A DNA stretch of 64,000 bases from the IMG/VR virus record IMGVR_UViG_3300006119_000007. One strand, 5' to 3'. Below are positions 1 to 8,700 of the stretch, piece by piece; position 1 is the stretch's first letter; each line of letters starts with the position of its first letter. This DNA comes from an uncultured virus (IMG/VR IMGVR_UViG_3300006119_000007). Lineage: Duplodnaviria > Heunggongvirae > Uroviricota > Caudoviricetes. A program made the translations under genes and the position numbers. The notes below the pieces were generated by a model, which was given only the letters and a program-made list of their open reading frames with translations, had not been told where the DNA came from and did no database searches.

Positions 1-68
1 GCAGCACCTCCGCCGGCACCGCCTGCTCCGCCTCCGTCTTCTGTGAATGTTTTAAATGATTTGATCAT
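1..68 (-). CDS. 5' part of a gene running off the window (MIKSFKTFTEDGGGAGGAGGGAA...), putative capsid-targeted protein
   Basis: ATG at 66-68 overlaps the TGA of the upstream gene (ATGA). The frame is open to the window edge, and the N-terminus resembles the T4 capsid-targeting sequence. Confidence 0.7.
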   Translation of the reverse strand, partial: MIKSFKTFTEDGGGAGGAGGGA

Positions 69-652
69 CGAGTTATGTCTTCGGTTGAGATACAGATCAT
101 CTGTTGAGTTTCACTGTGTTTTACTTTAAAAACTGGTACACCTAGAACATATCCGACAGGTGTGACTGCTTCTGTGACATGAATACGTGAATGAGGATAG
201 GCTCTAAATTCTGCGTTACTTACAATTGGACAATGAGAAGTGAGACTATATGTTCCAGGTTGGAGTTGTCCTTTTTCATTCAAGAACCAAGTGTTCTCAT
301 TCAGAGACATGTCAACCTTTACATCCAACTTCTCAAATACTTTTTGAATGCCTTTATCAGTCATTCCTGTCTGTTCCTTAATAAGATATAAGGCAGCTGC
401 ATATGATGCAAGACGAGTTCTTCCAAGAGGTAACTTATTCAAGAGTCTCTTGATGTTGAAGACAAGACGATTGAAAACACTATACGCGTCTCTTTCCTGA
501 GGCGTCTTTAACTCTGAAGCTTTCTTGAGTAGATTTCCATCTTTATCGACGATCTTAAGCTTATACGCGTCAGTGTTTTCCCATGGAGTCACTAAGAGTT
601 TTAGGAACTTATAGGTATAAACTACATCTGCTGCTTGGCCAATGATGTTCAT
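65..652 (-). CDS. Conserved T4-like hypothetical protein
   Basis: 195 aa ORF. The YTYKFLKLLVTPW...AYKLKIVD..G and LASYAAALYLIKE motifs are typical of marine/freshwater T4-like phages. Confidence 0.8.
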   Translation of the reverse strand: MNIIGQAADVVYTYKFLKLLVTPWENTDAYKLKIVDKDGNLLKKASELKTPQERDAYSVFNRLVFNIKRLLNKLPLGRTRLASYAAALYLIKEQTGMTDKGIQKVFEKLDVKVDMSLNENTWFLNEKGQLQPGTYSLTSHCPIVSNAEFRAYPHSRIHVTEAVTPVGYVLGVPVFKVKHSETQQMICISTEDITR

Positions 653-1017
653 ATCTTTCGAAGTATTTCTGCTATTTTAAGATCTACTGGTATTTCTACT
701 CTCTCATCTTCCGATAGGTAATCCAGATAAATCAAGAAGGTCTTGACTGCTGGCCAGAGTTCTGATTCTATCTTGAAGAAGATCATCTTGTTTGCTGCTT
801 GGATTCCGAATACGTTATAGAGTACAATAAGGTGATTGAGAACTAGTCTTTCTTGAATCTCTCCGGATTGTTTGTATCTCCGAAGGAGTCGTTTGATGTA
901 TTTGATTCGAGCAAGATCGTCATAAAACTCTGCGACATCTACACACTGAGGGTTGTTATAGTGCTTCGAGGCGAAGATCAAGAAATTCTCATCATTTAAT
1001 TCATCGAATACTTTCAT
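649..1017 (-). CDS. Conserved T4-like hypothetical protein
   Basis: 122 aa. ELNDENFLIFASKHYNNPQC...EFYDDL.RIKYIKRLL...ERLVLNHLIVLYNVFG matches a known cyanophage-type family. Confidence 0.85.
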   Translation of the reverse strand: MKVFDELNDENFLIFASKHYNNPQCVDVAEFYDDLARIKYIKRLLRRYKQSGEIQERLVLNHLIVLYNVFGIQAANKMIFFKIESELWPAVKTFLIYLDYLSEDERVEIPVDLKIAEILRKI

Positions 1018-1028
1018 AATATAGAAAG

Positions 1029-1036
1029 TATTTATT
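1029..1036 (-). promoter_or_regulatory. Late promoter variant AATAAATA
   Basis: One mismatch to T4 TATAAATA, just upstream of ORF 649..1017. Confidence 0.5.
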
Positions 1037-1307
1037 ACGTAGTCTCAGATGGTGGCTTTTCTCCGTTCTTCTTCCAGCAAGCGCAGATATCATCATAATC
1101 GACCGTGGTTAATACACCACGGTCTTTTATTTTAATGATGTTTTCTACGAACTCGTGAAGTTCAACATCGTTCTTGATATCCTCTCTCGCCGCTTCAAGA
1201 ATACGAATCAGCAATGGTACGTTAAGCGATATGACATCCCCTAACGATTCATTTGCACAATCGTATTCAACAAGCATCTGACGATACGCATCGAATTGAT
1301 TACTCAT
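1035..1307 (-). CDS. Hypothetical protein
   Basis: 90 aa ORF, translationally coupled to its neighbours. Confidence 0.75.
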   Translation of the reverse strand: MSNQFDAYRQMLVEYDCANESLGDVISLNVPLLIRILEAAREDIKNDVELHEFVENIIKIKDRGVLTTVDYDDICACWKKNGEKPPSETT

Positions 1308-1603
1308 TTAAGATTCCTATCTTTACAGATCTTACGAATAAGGGACTGTTTATTGTCCTTCTTCGCGACCTTAAGATTTAATAACTCAGCAATCTCGACA
1401 AGATCTTTCTTCTTCAGCTTCTTGACTGATTCCTTTGTAAGAATCAGTTCTTCTTCCTCAAAGAAATCGTCTGAACCAGTACTCTCTATTGGATTTTCTG
1501 GTTCAAACTCTTCTCTTGATAATTCAGAAAGATAGCTCTTCTCCTCAGGGTGATACCCTAAGAAAATGCTGATGCCTGATAGAATCTTTTTGAGTATGCT
1601 CAT
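1304..1603 (-). CDS. Hypothetical protein with C-terminal Rho-N/HeH-like helical motif
   Basis: KKLKKKDLVEIAELLNLKVAKKDNKQSLIRKI resembles a Rho N-terminal/HeH motif. Confidence 0.65.
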   Translation of the reverse strand: MSILKKILSGISIFLGYHPEEKSYLSELSREEFEPENPIESTGSDDFFEEEELILTKESVKKLKKKDLVEIAELLNLKVAKKDNKQSLIRKICKDRNLK

Positions 1604-3534
1604 TATTTAGCAGCTGCAGTATGAGCCTTTGTACTATAACCCTCATCCATTTCAGTAGATTCATCAGTCTTTGTTGTGTATCCTTTAAAGATTTCTGGAT
1701 GCAGTTTTCTTACAGGAGGTCTTCCATATCTACTTGCTTCTTGATTGTCGCTATGGTGATATTGTACAGCTTTTGCTACAGCGTGTCTTGGTCCAGAATA
1801 ACTTACAGCATGATCTGGATCTCCTTCAGCATGATGGTGAACTGTCACGCCAGGGTGATCTGCTTCATACTGAGCTTTATGGCTCGCGAAGTCATCGGAA
1901 TTAAATCCATGATTGTCAATTGCTCTGCTATGAACATGATCATCGTGCTTTGGTTTAAGAGTAGGCTTTGATGCATGCTCGTGATCCGAAACATAACCGC
2001 CATGCCAATCTGGGCTATCGCCTTCTTCATCTTCTTTTAAGGTTGATTCCTTTAACTTTGGAATCACTGCATCTTCTGGTTTAGCTGCTGGGAAATCTGA
2101 TTGCTTTAAAGCATCTGCGCCATCTTGAGCTGCACCAACTTCAGCCGAATCATCGACGTTTACGTTTTTAACATGGGCATCACGCATCTTCTGCGTTGTT
2201 GGATCCATTACTTCTGGACCTGCAACGGCATTGTCTGGACCACCGTCTTTCTTTGGATTATCGGCGACTGGGAATGCATTGGTCGATTCGTTAACAGAAA
2301 CCTTTTGCATTTGCGCATATGCTTCAGCTACACTCAAAAGATTCTTTGTGCTGTTAACTTGAACTGATTCTTTTTGAGCAGAATAGTATGCTCCAAGAGC
2401 CATTTTCTGGCGCATTTCTTTGGATTTACCAGCAAACTTTGGGTTCTTGCTGTGAACGAAATCGTGGATCCATTTTGATGCTGTATCACTTGGATTGAGT
2501 ACTTCATCTAAATGCTTCTCTTCTTCCCAAGCATCTTGAGTTGATTCATTTTTGACTGGGAACTTTTCACCGCCAACTTCAAAAGAAGTTTTTCCAGCAG
2601 CTTGTGCTTGCTGTTTCTTGAGATGGAAAGTACCTACGTTCTCGTCTTCTTGTTTAGCTTCTTCAGTCGTATAAAGTCCTTCCTCTAAAGCTTTTGCATG
2701 ATGTTCTTTTGCTTTTGTAGCATGATGTGCAGCAAGAGTATCATTAAGTCCTTGAGCGTATCTTTGAATTCTTCTGTGAGCATTTTCTGCATCGCCATGT
2801 TCGTCACGTCCCATTGCTTTTTTAGAAGCTTCATTTGCATGATGAGAAGCCATGTTTAAGTGATGATCACTCATTTTTAAATGATGTTTGTTATGGATAT
2901 CACTATTAGCATTAACTGCAGCATGTTTATGAGATGAATGCGCATTTAAATGATTTATAGAAGCATCTATATGAGAGTGCGTTTTTGAATCTGGATGATG
3001 ATCAGCATGACCTGTACTTGCATTAGCTCTCTGAGTATCTAAATTTGCCTGCTTTGATTCTATATTTTCTTCATCCATCATTTTTTCATTATAAGCTTCT
3101 TCGGCCATTGCTGGGCGCATCATGCTTGCGGCTGAATCTTGTGTTTCTTTGTCGTCTTTATTTGCGACTTGGATCTTCTTTGAGAGATCTACATTAGCTG
3201 GTTCATTTCCGGAGTCACAGCAAGCTTCTTCTTGTTGTGTAGGAGCTGGTTTCATTGGCTCGTTATAAGCTGCAGCGATTGACTTTGCTTGCATCTCTTT
3301 TTCATTTCCAAGTTCAGGAAATACTGCTTCTTTGATCTTATATTGCTTACCTTCGAAAGTAGCGATAGAAGTATTATTTGCACGAGCTTCGAAGATCGCT
3401 TTCGTGAAAGCTTCTACTTGTTCGTTTTTAATGGATGCTGGGATCCATTTAGGACGGTTTGTGTTTGTTGCTGGTGCTTGCATTGAGCGGTAAGACTCTG
3501 CAAGAGATTGAACTGAGCTTGTTTGTTTTTCCAT
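1603..3534 (-). CDS. His-rich modular protein, putative internal head polyprotein
   Basis: 643 aa with a strong SD (AAGGAG). It has many hydrophobic-X-Glu sites and the module WIHDFVHSKNPKFAGKSKEMRQKMALGAYY. Confidence 0.8.
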   Translation of the reverse strand: MEKQTSSVQSLAESYRSMQAPATNTNRPKWIPASIKNEQVEAFTKAIFEARANNTSIATFEGKQYKIKEAVFPELGNEKEMQAKSIAAAYNEPMKPAPTQQEEACCDSGNEPANVDLSKKIQVANKDDKETQDSAASMMRPAMAEEAYNEKMMDEENIESKQANLDTQRANASTGHADHHPDSKTHSHIDASINHLNAHSSHKHAAVNANSDIHNKHHLKMSDHHLNMASHHANEASKKAMGRDEHGDAENAHRRIQRYAQGLNDTLAAHHATKAKEHHAKALEEGLYTTEEAKQEDENVGTFHLKKQQAQAAGKTSFEVGGEKFPVKNESTQDAWEEEKHLDEVLNPSDTASKWIHDFVHSKNPKFAGKSKEMRQKMALGAYYSAQKESVQVNSTKNLLSVAEAYAQMQKVSVNESTNAFPVADNPKKDGGPDNAVAGPEVMDPTTQKMRDAHVKNVNVDDSAEVGAAQDGADALKQSDFPAAKPEDAVIPKLKESTLKEDEEGDSPDWHGGYVSDHEHASKPTLKPKHDDHVHSRAIDNHGFNSDDFASHKAQYEADHPGVTVHHHAEGDPDHAVSYSGPRHAVAKAVQYHHSDNQEASRYGRPPVRKLHPEIFKGYTTKTDESTEMDEGYSTKAHTAAAK

Positions 3535-3594
3535 GACGGGCTCCTTAATTAATTAGTAAGTTAGTTTTTTTGAGTAAGATAAAGTTTTATTAGT

Positions 3595-4515
3595 TTAGCA
3601 GTTCCATTTTTTAAGTGCAAGAGCCTTACGAGTTGGTTTACCATGCTCGTCTTTCATAGGTCCTTTTACTCCACTCATTCTAGCACAGAACGAGTGACGG
3701 CGTGCCGCGGCTTTACCATGTGGATCTAATTCACTTGGTGGAGTTGTGACTGCCATTTTTAAATGATGTCCAGGATTTTCACGATTATACTTATCTACAC
3801 CTGCACGAGTGAGTCCACCTGTTTCAGACTTGTACTTGTCTTCTTCAAGTCTTTTCTTTGAGGATGGTTTCTTCTGAGTCATCGCATCGTGAACTGCATT
3901 GCGATGGTGTTCCCAGTGCTGAGTGTGTACTTCCTCAGCTTTGCCATGACCTGCATGAGCGGGGTGACCTTTACCATGAGCTTCTCCTGCAATCGCATGT
4001 AACTCTGCTGCATGATAATGAGCAGCCTGAGCATCGTGATGTAAGTGTGGATTTGATTCTGCTTCAGCCGACTTGGCGTGAGCAGTTTTTGTCGCTTTCC
4101 ATGCTTTTGCTGATAAGTGATGAGCGGTTAATCCGGCTTCGTCGTCGAGTAAGTATTGTCCTGGATGGTTGTCCAAGGGACTATTGCATTCCTCATCGAA
4201 TAAGTGAGGGTGATTCTTGCGTGCCTCGTGCTCGTCGTCGTGATGATTGATCACCGCTTTACGAACATTATGTTTTGTACCGTGAAAAGTAATTGTCTTA
4301 TCGGAGTGAAAGTTCGTATCGACGTTATGTGCTCTTTTATTATAGTCCTTGTAATCGCTCTGAATGTTTTTGCGAGTGTGACCTACCCATATCGGATTCG
4401 ATTCGGTGTGATCGGTCGATTCATTGCGCATCGAGAGATAAGTTTCTGCGACGGCTTTTGTTTTATCCATTAGCTCTTTTTTCTCGTCTGAGATTGCGGT
4501 GGGTACTGAGTCCAT
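3595..4515 (-). CDS. His-rich modular protein with C-terminal DUF6321-like domain
   Basis: C-terminus GGLTRAGVDKYNRENPG..LK.AVT...RRHSFCARMSG..GPMKD..GKPTRKALALKKWNC; family recognised by eye. Confidence 0.8.
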   Translation of the reverse strand: MDSVPTAISDEKKELMDKTKAVAETYLSMRNESTDHTESNPIWVGHTRKNIQSDYKDYNKRAHNVDTNFHSDKTITFHGTKHNVRKAVINHHDDEHEARKNHPHLFDEECNSPLDNHPGQYLLDDEAGLTAHHLSAKAWKATKTAHAKSAEAESNPHLHHDAQAAHYHAAELHAIAGEAHGKGHPAHAGHGKAEEVHTQHWEHHRNAVHDAMTQKKPSSKKRLEEDKYKSETGGLTRAGVDKYNRENPGHHLKMAVTTPPSELDPHGKAAARRHSFCARMSGVKGPMKDEHGKPTRKALALKKWNC

Positions 4516-4519
4516 GTGA

Positions 4520-4924
4520 TTATTTATTTTCTACTTTTGTAAGGGATCTGTCTGAGAGTGTGTCTAAACGGTTAAAGATACGATCTTGTCCTGATCTTAA
4601 TGCTTCGAGAACTGCTCTCTGAGATGCTTGTTCACGAATGATCGATTGAAGAGTTTCATTGATTGCACTTTGTTGTGCTTCGGATCTTACGCGGAATTCC
4701 TCAAGAGAACCGATCCGGACCTTGTATTCTGAGATATGGTCTCGAACAGTTCCATTTAAAGCATCAAACTCTTGATGACTTGGGAATTGTGTATGGAAAT
4801 ATGCGAGTACTCCAGCAATTACAAATGGAGTTACCCAGGCTAAGATCTTTCCGACTGCATGCCAGGATAGACCCTTCTTTTGAAGGGTAATATTTGCCTT
4901 AGATTCGTGCATTGGAGGAATCAT
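4520..4924 (-). CDS. Single-TM protein with coiled-coil C-terminus
   Basis: Hydrophobic segment ILAWVTPFVIAGVLAYF followed by a heptad-like region. Confidence 0.7.
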   Translation of the reverse strand: MIPPMHESKANITLQKKGLSWHAVGKILAWVTPFVIAGVLAYFHTQFPSHQEFDALNGTVRDHISEYKVRIGSLEEFRVRSEAQQSAINETLQSIIREQASQRAVLEALRSGQDRIFNRLDTLSDRSLTKVENK

Positions 4925-6015
4925 TATGCTTTCTCGTTCTTTTCTTCCTCTTCTTCGTACTTCTTGTCTGCGTCTTGAGGATTTGAGAACATTACATTAC
5001 TGAATACCTCATCAATTTTGTCAGAAGCAATTGCGATCTTGGATTGCATCCAAGCCTGAAGTGCTTCATCATCATTCATGAGTTTATTCTCGATAGACAT
5101 TGCCATGACTGCGATCTTACGCAGTTGACGGCATGCCATACCGACTTCTTCGGATTCATCTTCTTTATAGTCCATAGCTTCGTCGATTCCTCTCTCAAGT
5201 TTTGTGGCTTTTGATAAGTGCCATTTGTGCATCGAGTGATCTCCACGCTTCTGAGCGTCAAGAGCCATCTTCTTACGAAGAGCGATGCGTTCGTTCTTTT
5301 TGTCAAATGGATCAGCTTCTTCTTTCATGGATTTAGCCGCCATTGCTGCATGTTTTGCAGCTTGATCTAAATGGTGTCCAGCTTCGGAAGATTTCTTATC
5401 AATCGTGTGAGCTGTATAAGCTGCGGTGTGAGCTTTTGAAGCTGCTTCGTGATCAGCTTTCGTATTTGAAGCATTTGCTTTCTGAGAAGCTGCATGAGCC
5501 TTTGCAGAATAATCTGAAAGGTGATCTTCTTCCATTGTTTCCTCTTTTGGAACACAGTTAGGAACGGTCTTACCATTCTTCTGCTTTGTTCCAATCGCTT
5601 CATAGCCTTTCCAACAAGCGTCTTCTAATCCTTCTTTCATTGACTTCGCTGCAGTTGCGTGCTCTTTTGCCTTTGAATCATGATAAGCAACTGCTCCACC
5701 CTGCGAGACTGCATGAGCCATCTGGTGAGCTTGCATCGCCTTCAAGTGATTGTCGCGAGAAGGAAATTTAAGAGCTTTTGCAGTAGCTTGAGCCGCATGA
5801 TAAGAAAGGTGTCCTAATGATCTTAAATTCTGTGCATCTGGACTCATTCCAGCCGCTTCATCATAAGTTGTAGGATATCCACACAACTCGTTCGTTTGGA
5901 TCTTATCAGGATTTACATCTTGTCCTGGAGTTCCTTGCTTATATTTGTTTATAAGCTCGGGTGTACCCCATTCTCCTGCTCCGAGTTCTTCTCTGATTGC
6001 TTTAAGATTCTTCAT
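4924..6015 (-). CDS. His/Ala-rich modular protein, putative internal head polyprotein
   Basis: Modules GAGEWGTPELINKYKQGTPGQ, CWKGYEAIGTKQKNGKTVPNCVP and EVGMACRQL...LQAWMQSKIAIA are separated by hydrophobic-X-E sites. Confidence 0.8.
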   Translation of the reverse strand: MKNLKAIREELGAGEWGTPELINKYKQGTPGQDVNPDKIQTNELCGYPTTYDEAAGMSPDAQNLRSLGHLSYHAAQATAKALKFPSRDNHLKAMQAHQMAHAVSQGGAVAYHDSKAKEHATAAKSMKEGLEDACWKGYEAIGTKQKNGKTVPNCVPKEETMEEDHLSDYSAKAHAASQKANASNTKADHEAASKAHTAAYTAHTIDKKSSEAGHHLDQAAKHAAMAAKSMKEEADPFDKKNERIALRKKMALDAQKRGDHSMHKWHLSKATKLERGIDEAMDYKEDESEEVGMACRQLRKIAVMAMSIENKLMNDDEALQAWMQSKIAIASDKIDEVFSNVMFSNPQDADKKYEEEEEKNEKA

Positions 6016-6941
6016 GATGCTTTATTGAGAGTGCGTATTTTACTGATTGAAATTCCTTCGCGAGTCGGCGTGCGAACTTGAATTGGTTTTGCTGTTGGAA
6101 TTGGAGCCGGATCCAACTTTTCATTTGGGATCACCTTGCTCTCAACGAGTTCAACTGCATTCAACCATTTGCGAACCTTGCGTCCATCACTTAGGCTCAC
6201 AAGAAGATAGTTAGGTCCACAGTGAGTGATGCTACCAACTTCTTCTGATTCTTTGATTACAACTTGATCTCCAACTTCAAAGAGTTGGCCAGCCACATAT
6301 GCCTCACGCCGTTCTGAAACGGTTTCAAGTTGAATATGTTTTCTAAAATTCTTTGATTCCTTTAATCCAAGACCATTACGAACTGCATTGAAGAGTTCCT
6401 CGATCTCAGTGAAGCTTGAAGGAAGTCCTTTTGCGAATGTATTAAAATCGTTTGCAGCTGCAGCAAGTCTCATTCTATCCTCGAGGTCATTGCTTTCGGT
6501 GATCGATATAGCGCGGACCTTTTTAAAGTTGAAGAACTTATTTGCTTCTCCTTCAAGAAATACGCCATTGTTTGCCTTCAGGACTGTGTCATATTGTATC
6601 GATCTTACATCGTCTGCACAGATCTCCACTGAAGTAAATTTTTGCTCGTATAGTTTATAGCAGATATCTTTAATATCCGATACACTATCTGCTACGATGT
6701 TTCTAGCATGCTTTGGAAACATCTTACGCATCCACTTTACTTTTTCCTCGAGAGGAAGTGGGTTGTTTTTCGTATCAACACTATTTGATACGTAGATACG
6801 ATAGGGTCTTCCTTTTGCCTGTTCAAATATCTTATTCAGGAACTTCTCATGATGAAGTGTCGGGGGATTGAACTTCTCAAAGGCGATAACGATCTCCTTT
6901 GGAGCATCCTCGATGACGAATTGAGAGAAGGATTTGATCAT
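6012..6941 (-). CDS. Cytidyltransferase-like (HIGH-fold nucleotidyltransferase) virion protein with degenerate motif
   Basis: FEKFNPPTLHHEKF corresponds to the family motif FGRFNPPTxGH. KNNPL, MFP and RExY..G.LF.VGD are also present. Confidence 0.75.
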   Translation of the reverse strand: MIKSFSQFVIEDAPKEIVIAFEKFNPPTLHHEKFLNKIFEQAKGRPYRIYVSNSVDTKNNPLPLEEKVKWMRKMFPKHARNIVADSVSDIKDICYKLYEQKFTSVEICADDVRSIQYDTVLKANNGVFLEGEANKFFNFKKVRAISITESNDLEDRMRLAAAANDFNTFAKGLPSSFTEIEELFNAVRNGLGLKESKNFRKHIQLETVSERREAYVAGQLFEVGDQVVIKESEEVGSITHCGPNYLLVSLSDGRKVRKWLNAVELVESKVIPNEKLDPAPIPTAKPIQVRTPTREGISISKIRTLNKAS

Positions 6942-7180
6942 GGCTGAGTTGCTTTGCCATGAAAGCTCTCGATGTTCTTTTTCTGCTTCGCGCGACTATC
7001 TTCCCAATGTTTCTCTAACGCCTCTTGAGCGGATCCTTCTTCAGGAAGTAGGCCATGATGACGTTTCCACGCATAGAGATCTTGCATCTCTGTCTGCCCA
7101 TTCGTGTAATTGACTGTGATGAAATCCTTGAAAGAATACATTGTTTCGAATTGCCCATCGAATGAGAAAAAGTATCCCAT
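6938..7180 (-). CDS. Small hypothetical protein (alternative start 7141, MYSFKDFI)
   Basis: First ORF downstream of the late promoter at 7200; ATGA overlap with the next gene. Confidence 0.6.
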   Translation of the reverse strand: MGYFFSFDGQFETMYSFKDFITVNYTNGQTEMQDLYAWKRHHGLLPEEGSAQEALEKHWEDSRAKQKKNIESFHGKATQP

Positions 7181-7199
7181 TCCTTAATATAGTATTGAC

Positions 7200-7207
7200 T
7201 ATTTATA
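7200..7207 (-). promoter_or_regulatory. T4-type late promoter TATAAATA
   Basis: Exact gp55 consensus at the head of the modular-protein cluster. Confidence 0.8.
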
Positions 7208-7949
7208 CTAAATTGAGATTTTGTAAATAGCCGAAAGGAGACTTTTCCGAAATCGTTTTCAAGGTTTCGAGGTCTTTTATGCCATGGGAAGCAAATGCTC
7301 CACCCTTTATGGCTGCAATACACTCCTGGACTCGTGAAGGATACCTGGCACAGGATATATTCTCCCAGGAATAAGATAATCCTGCCTCTAGAAGGTTAAA
7401 AACAGGTATTCCTGCCCTCTCTGATGCCATTCCAATGTATCGATCGGTGTATCCATATTCTGCATCCCACGGAGTCAATCTCTCCATTGAATCAGTGATC
7501 TTTTCAAGTGATTCCCTTGTATAGATCTGAGGGTAATGTAGGTAATAATTGGCTAGAAACTTCTTTCCAGGAACAGGAGATACCGGTTCATTCATGAACT
7601 TAGTTGCCGATATCCATCCTTCCAGAGGGATCGCTCGATCGGGTATCGGTCCCCAACATAGGCTATCATACTCGAAAAGCATCACATACGGATAGTTTTG
7701 ATAAGAATCCCTTGCTAGTTTCAGGCATTCATAGACTCTCATGTTTGTTTCCTTGGAATAAGAGCTTACATTATTCACGCTCTGGAATAGCTCGATCTCA
7801 GGATGCTTGATGTGAAGCTTATGCTCTAAAGGTGTTACGATAAGTAAGTGCCCACAGGTCTTCAACCAATAAGGGATATGCCGAAGGACAGTATCTCTTA
7901 CAGAGACATGAGCCATAACAATCCCTAGAACTTTAGATCTATCAAGCAT
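7203..7949 (-). CDS. GT-A fold glycosyltransferase-like protein
   Basis: ExD motif (MLFEYDSL), YTDRYIG and C-terminal ASHGIK resemble GT31/Fringe-type enzymes. Start chosen at MLDRSK because it overlaps the upstream stop. Confidence 0.6.
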   Translation of the reverse strand: MLDRSKVLGIVMAHVSVRDTVLRHIPYWLKTCGHLLIVTPLEHKLHIKHPEIELFQSVNNVSSYSKETNMRVYECLKLARDSYQNYPYVMLFEYDSLCWGPIPDRAIPLEGWISATKFMNEPVSPVPGKKFLANYYLHYPQIYTRESLEKITDSMERLTPWDAEYGYTDRYIGMASERAGIPVFNLLEAGLSYSWENISCARYPSRVQECIAAIKGGAFASHGIKDLETLKTISEKSPFGYLQNLNLV

Positions 7950-8700
7950 AGTAATAAGCCTTATATTTCTCTGAGAGTCTACCGAAATTGTCTCGATGAG
8001 CGTCCTTGACTCGATCCCATTTCTGAGGTCCATGCTCGTGCAGGATGTATGTTTCGTTTGTATTCCTACCCCAGATGTATGACCAGTTTAATTGTCTAGG
8101 AAGTTGAATGGCTCGATTTTGCTTCATGAGTATGTGACCGACCATCGTCCAGGCAATCTGCTCAAGCATATTGTTATTATTTCTTTCTTTGCAGAACGCG
8201 TATTGAAGCTCGTATAAGGAAGCAATGTCCTTTCGATCCTGAGAGTTATCCGTTCCAAAGTAAAGTACTCCTGCATTGCATTCTCGAACATACTCATTGA
8301 GTCCAGAGATCTGTCTCACGTTTGGATCATCACCAATCCCAAATGCAACTTTTGGAAGTCCTTCGATGATACGAGTAGGATCCTTGACGAAGAATGCATC
8401 AGCATCGAGTATGATGCATCTTCCTAGAACTTGAATCGATTGACACAGGAGAGTTCCTTTTATGTCAAAGTTCTTACCTTTTCGAACGATCGAGGATATA
8501 GCGTTTGTATAAAATCGAAGGTAAGATAAAGGTTCAGTTCCATCCTTATCGTAAGGAACTGCGTCAGTCGGAATAGGAACATCTAAGTCACAAATAAGCA
8601 CGACTCGATATTTGCATCCTGACTTTTTATATTGCTCGATCCAAGCGTTAAGAAGCGGCAAGAAAGCCGCGTCACCAAAGTGCGTGATTCCAATAATCAT
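7942..8700 (-). CDS. GT-A glycosyltransferase (GT8/nucleotide-diphospho-sugar transferase-like)
   Basis: IILDADAFF DxD motif, CNAGVLYF, EQ, LPRQLNW and ILHEHGPQKW follow the GT8 pattern. Confidence 0.75.
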   Translation of the reverse strand: MIIGITHFGDAAFLPLLNAWIEQYKKSGCKYRVVLICDLDVPIPTDAVPYDKDGTEPLSYLRFYTNAISSIVRKGKNFDIKGTLLCQSIQVLGRCIILDADAFFVKDPTRIIEGLPKVAFGIGDDPNVRQISGLNEYVRECNAGVLYFGTDNSQDRKDIASLYELQYAFCKERNNNNMLEQIAWTMVGHILMKQNRAIQLPRQLNWSYIWGRNTNETYILHEHGPQKWDRVKDAHRDNFGRLSEKYKAYYYA

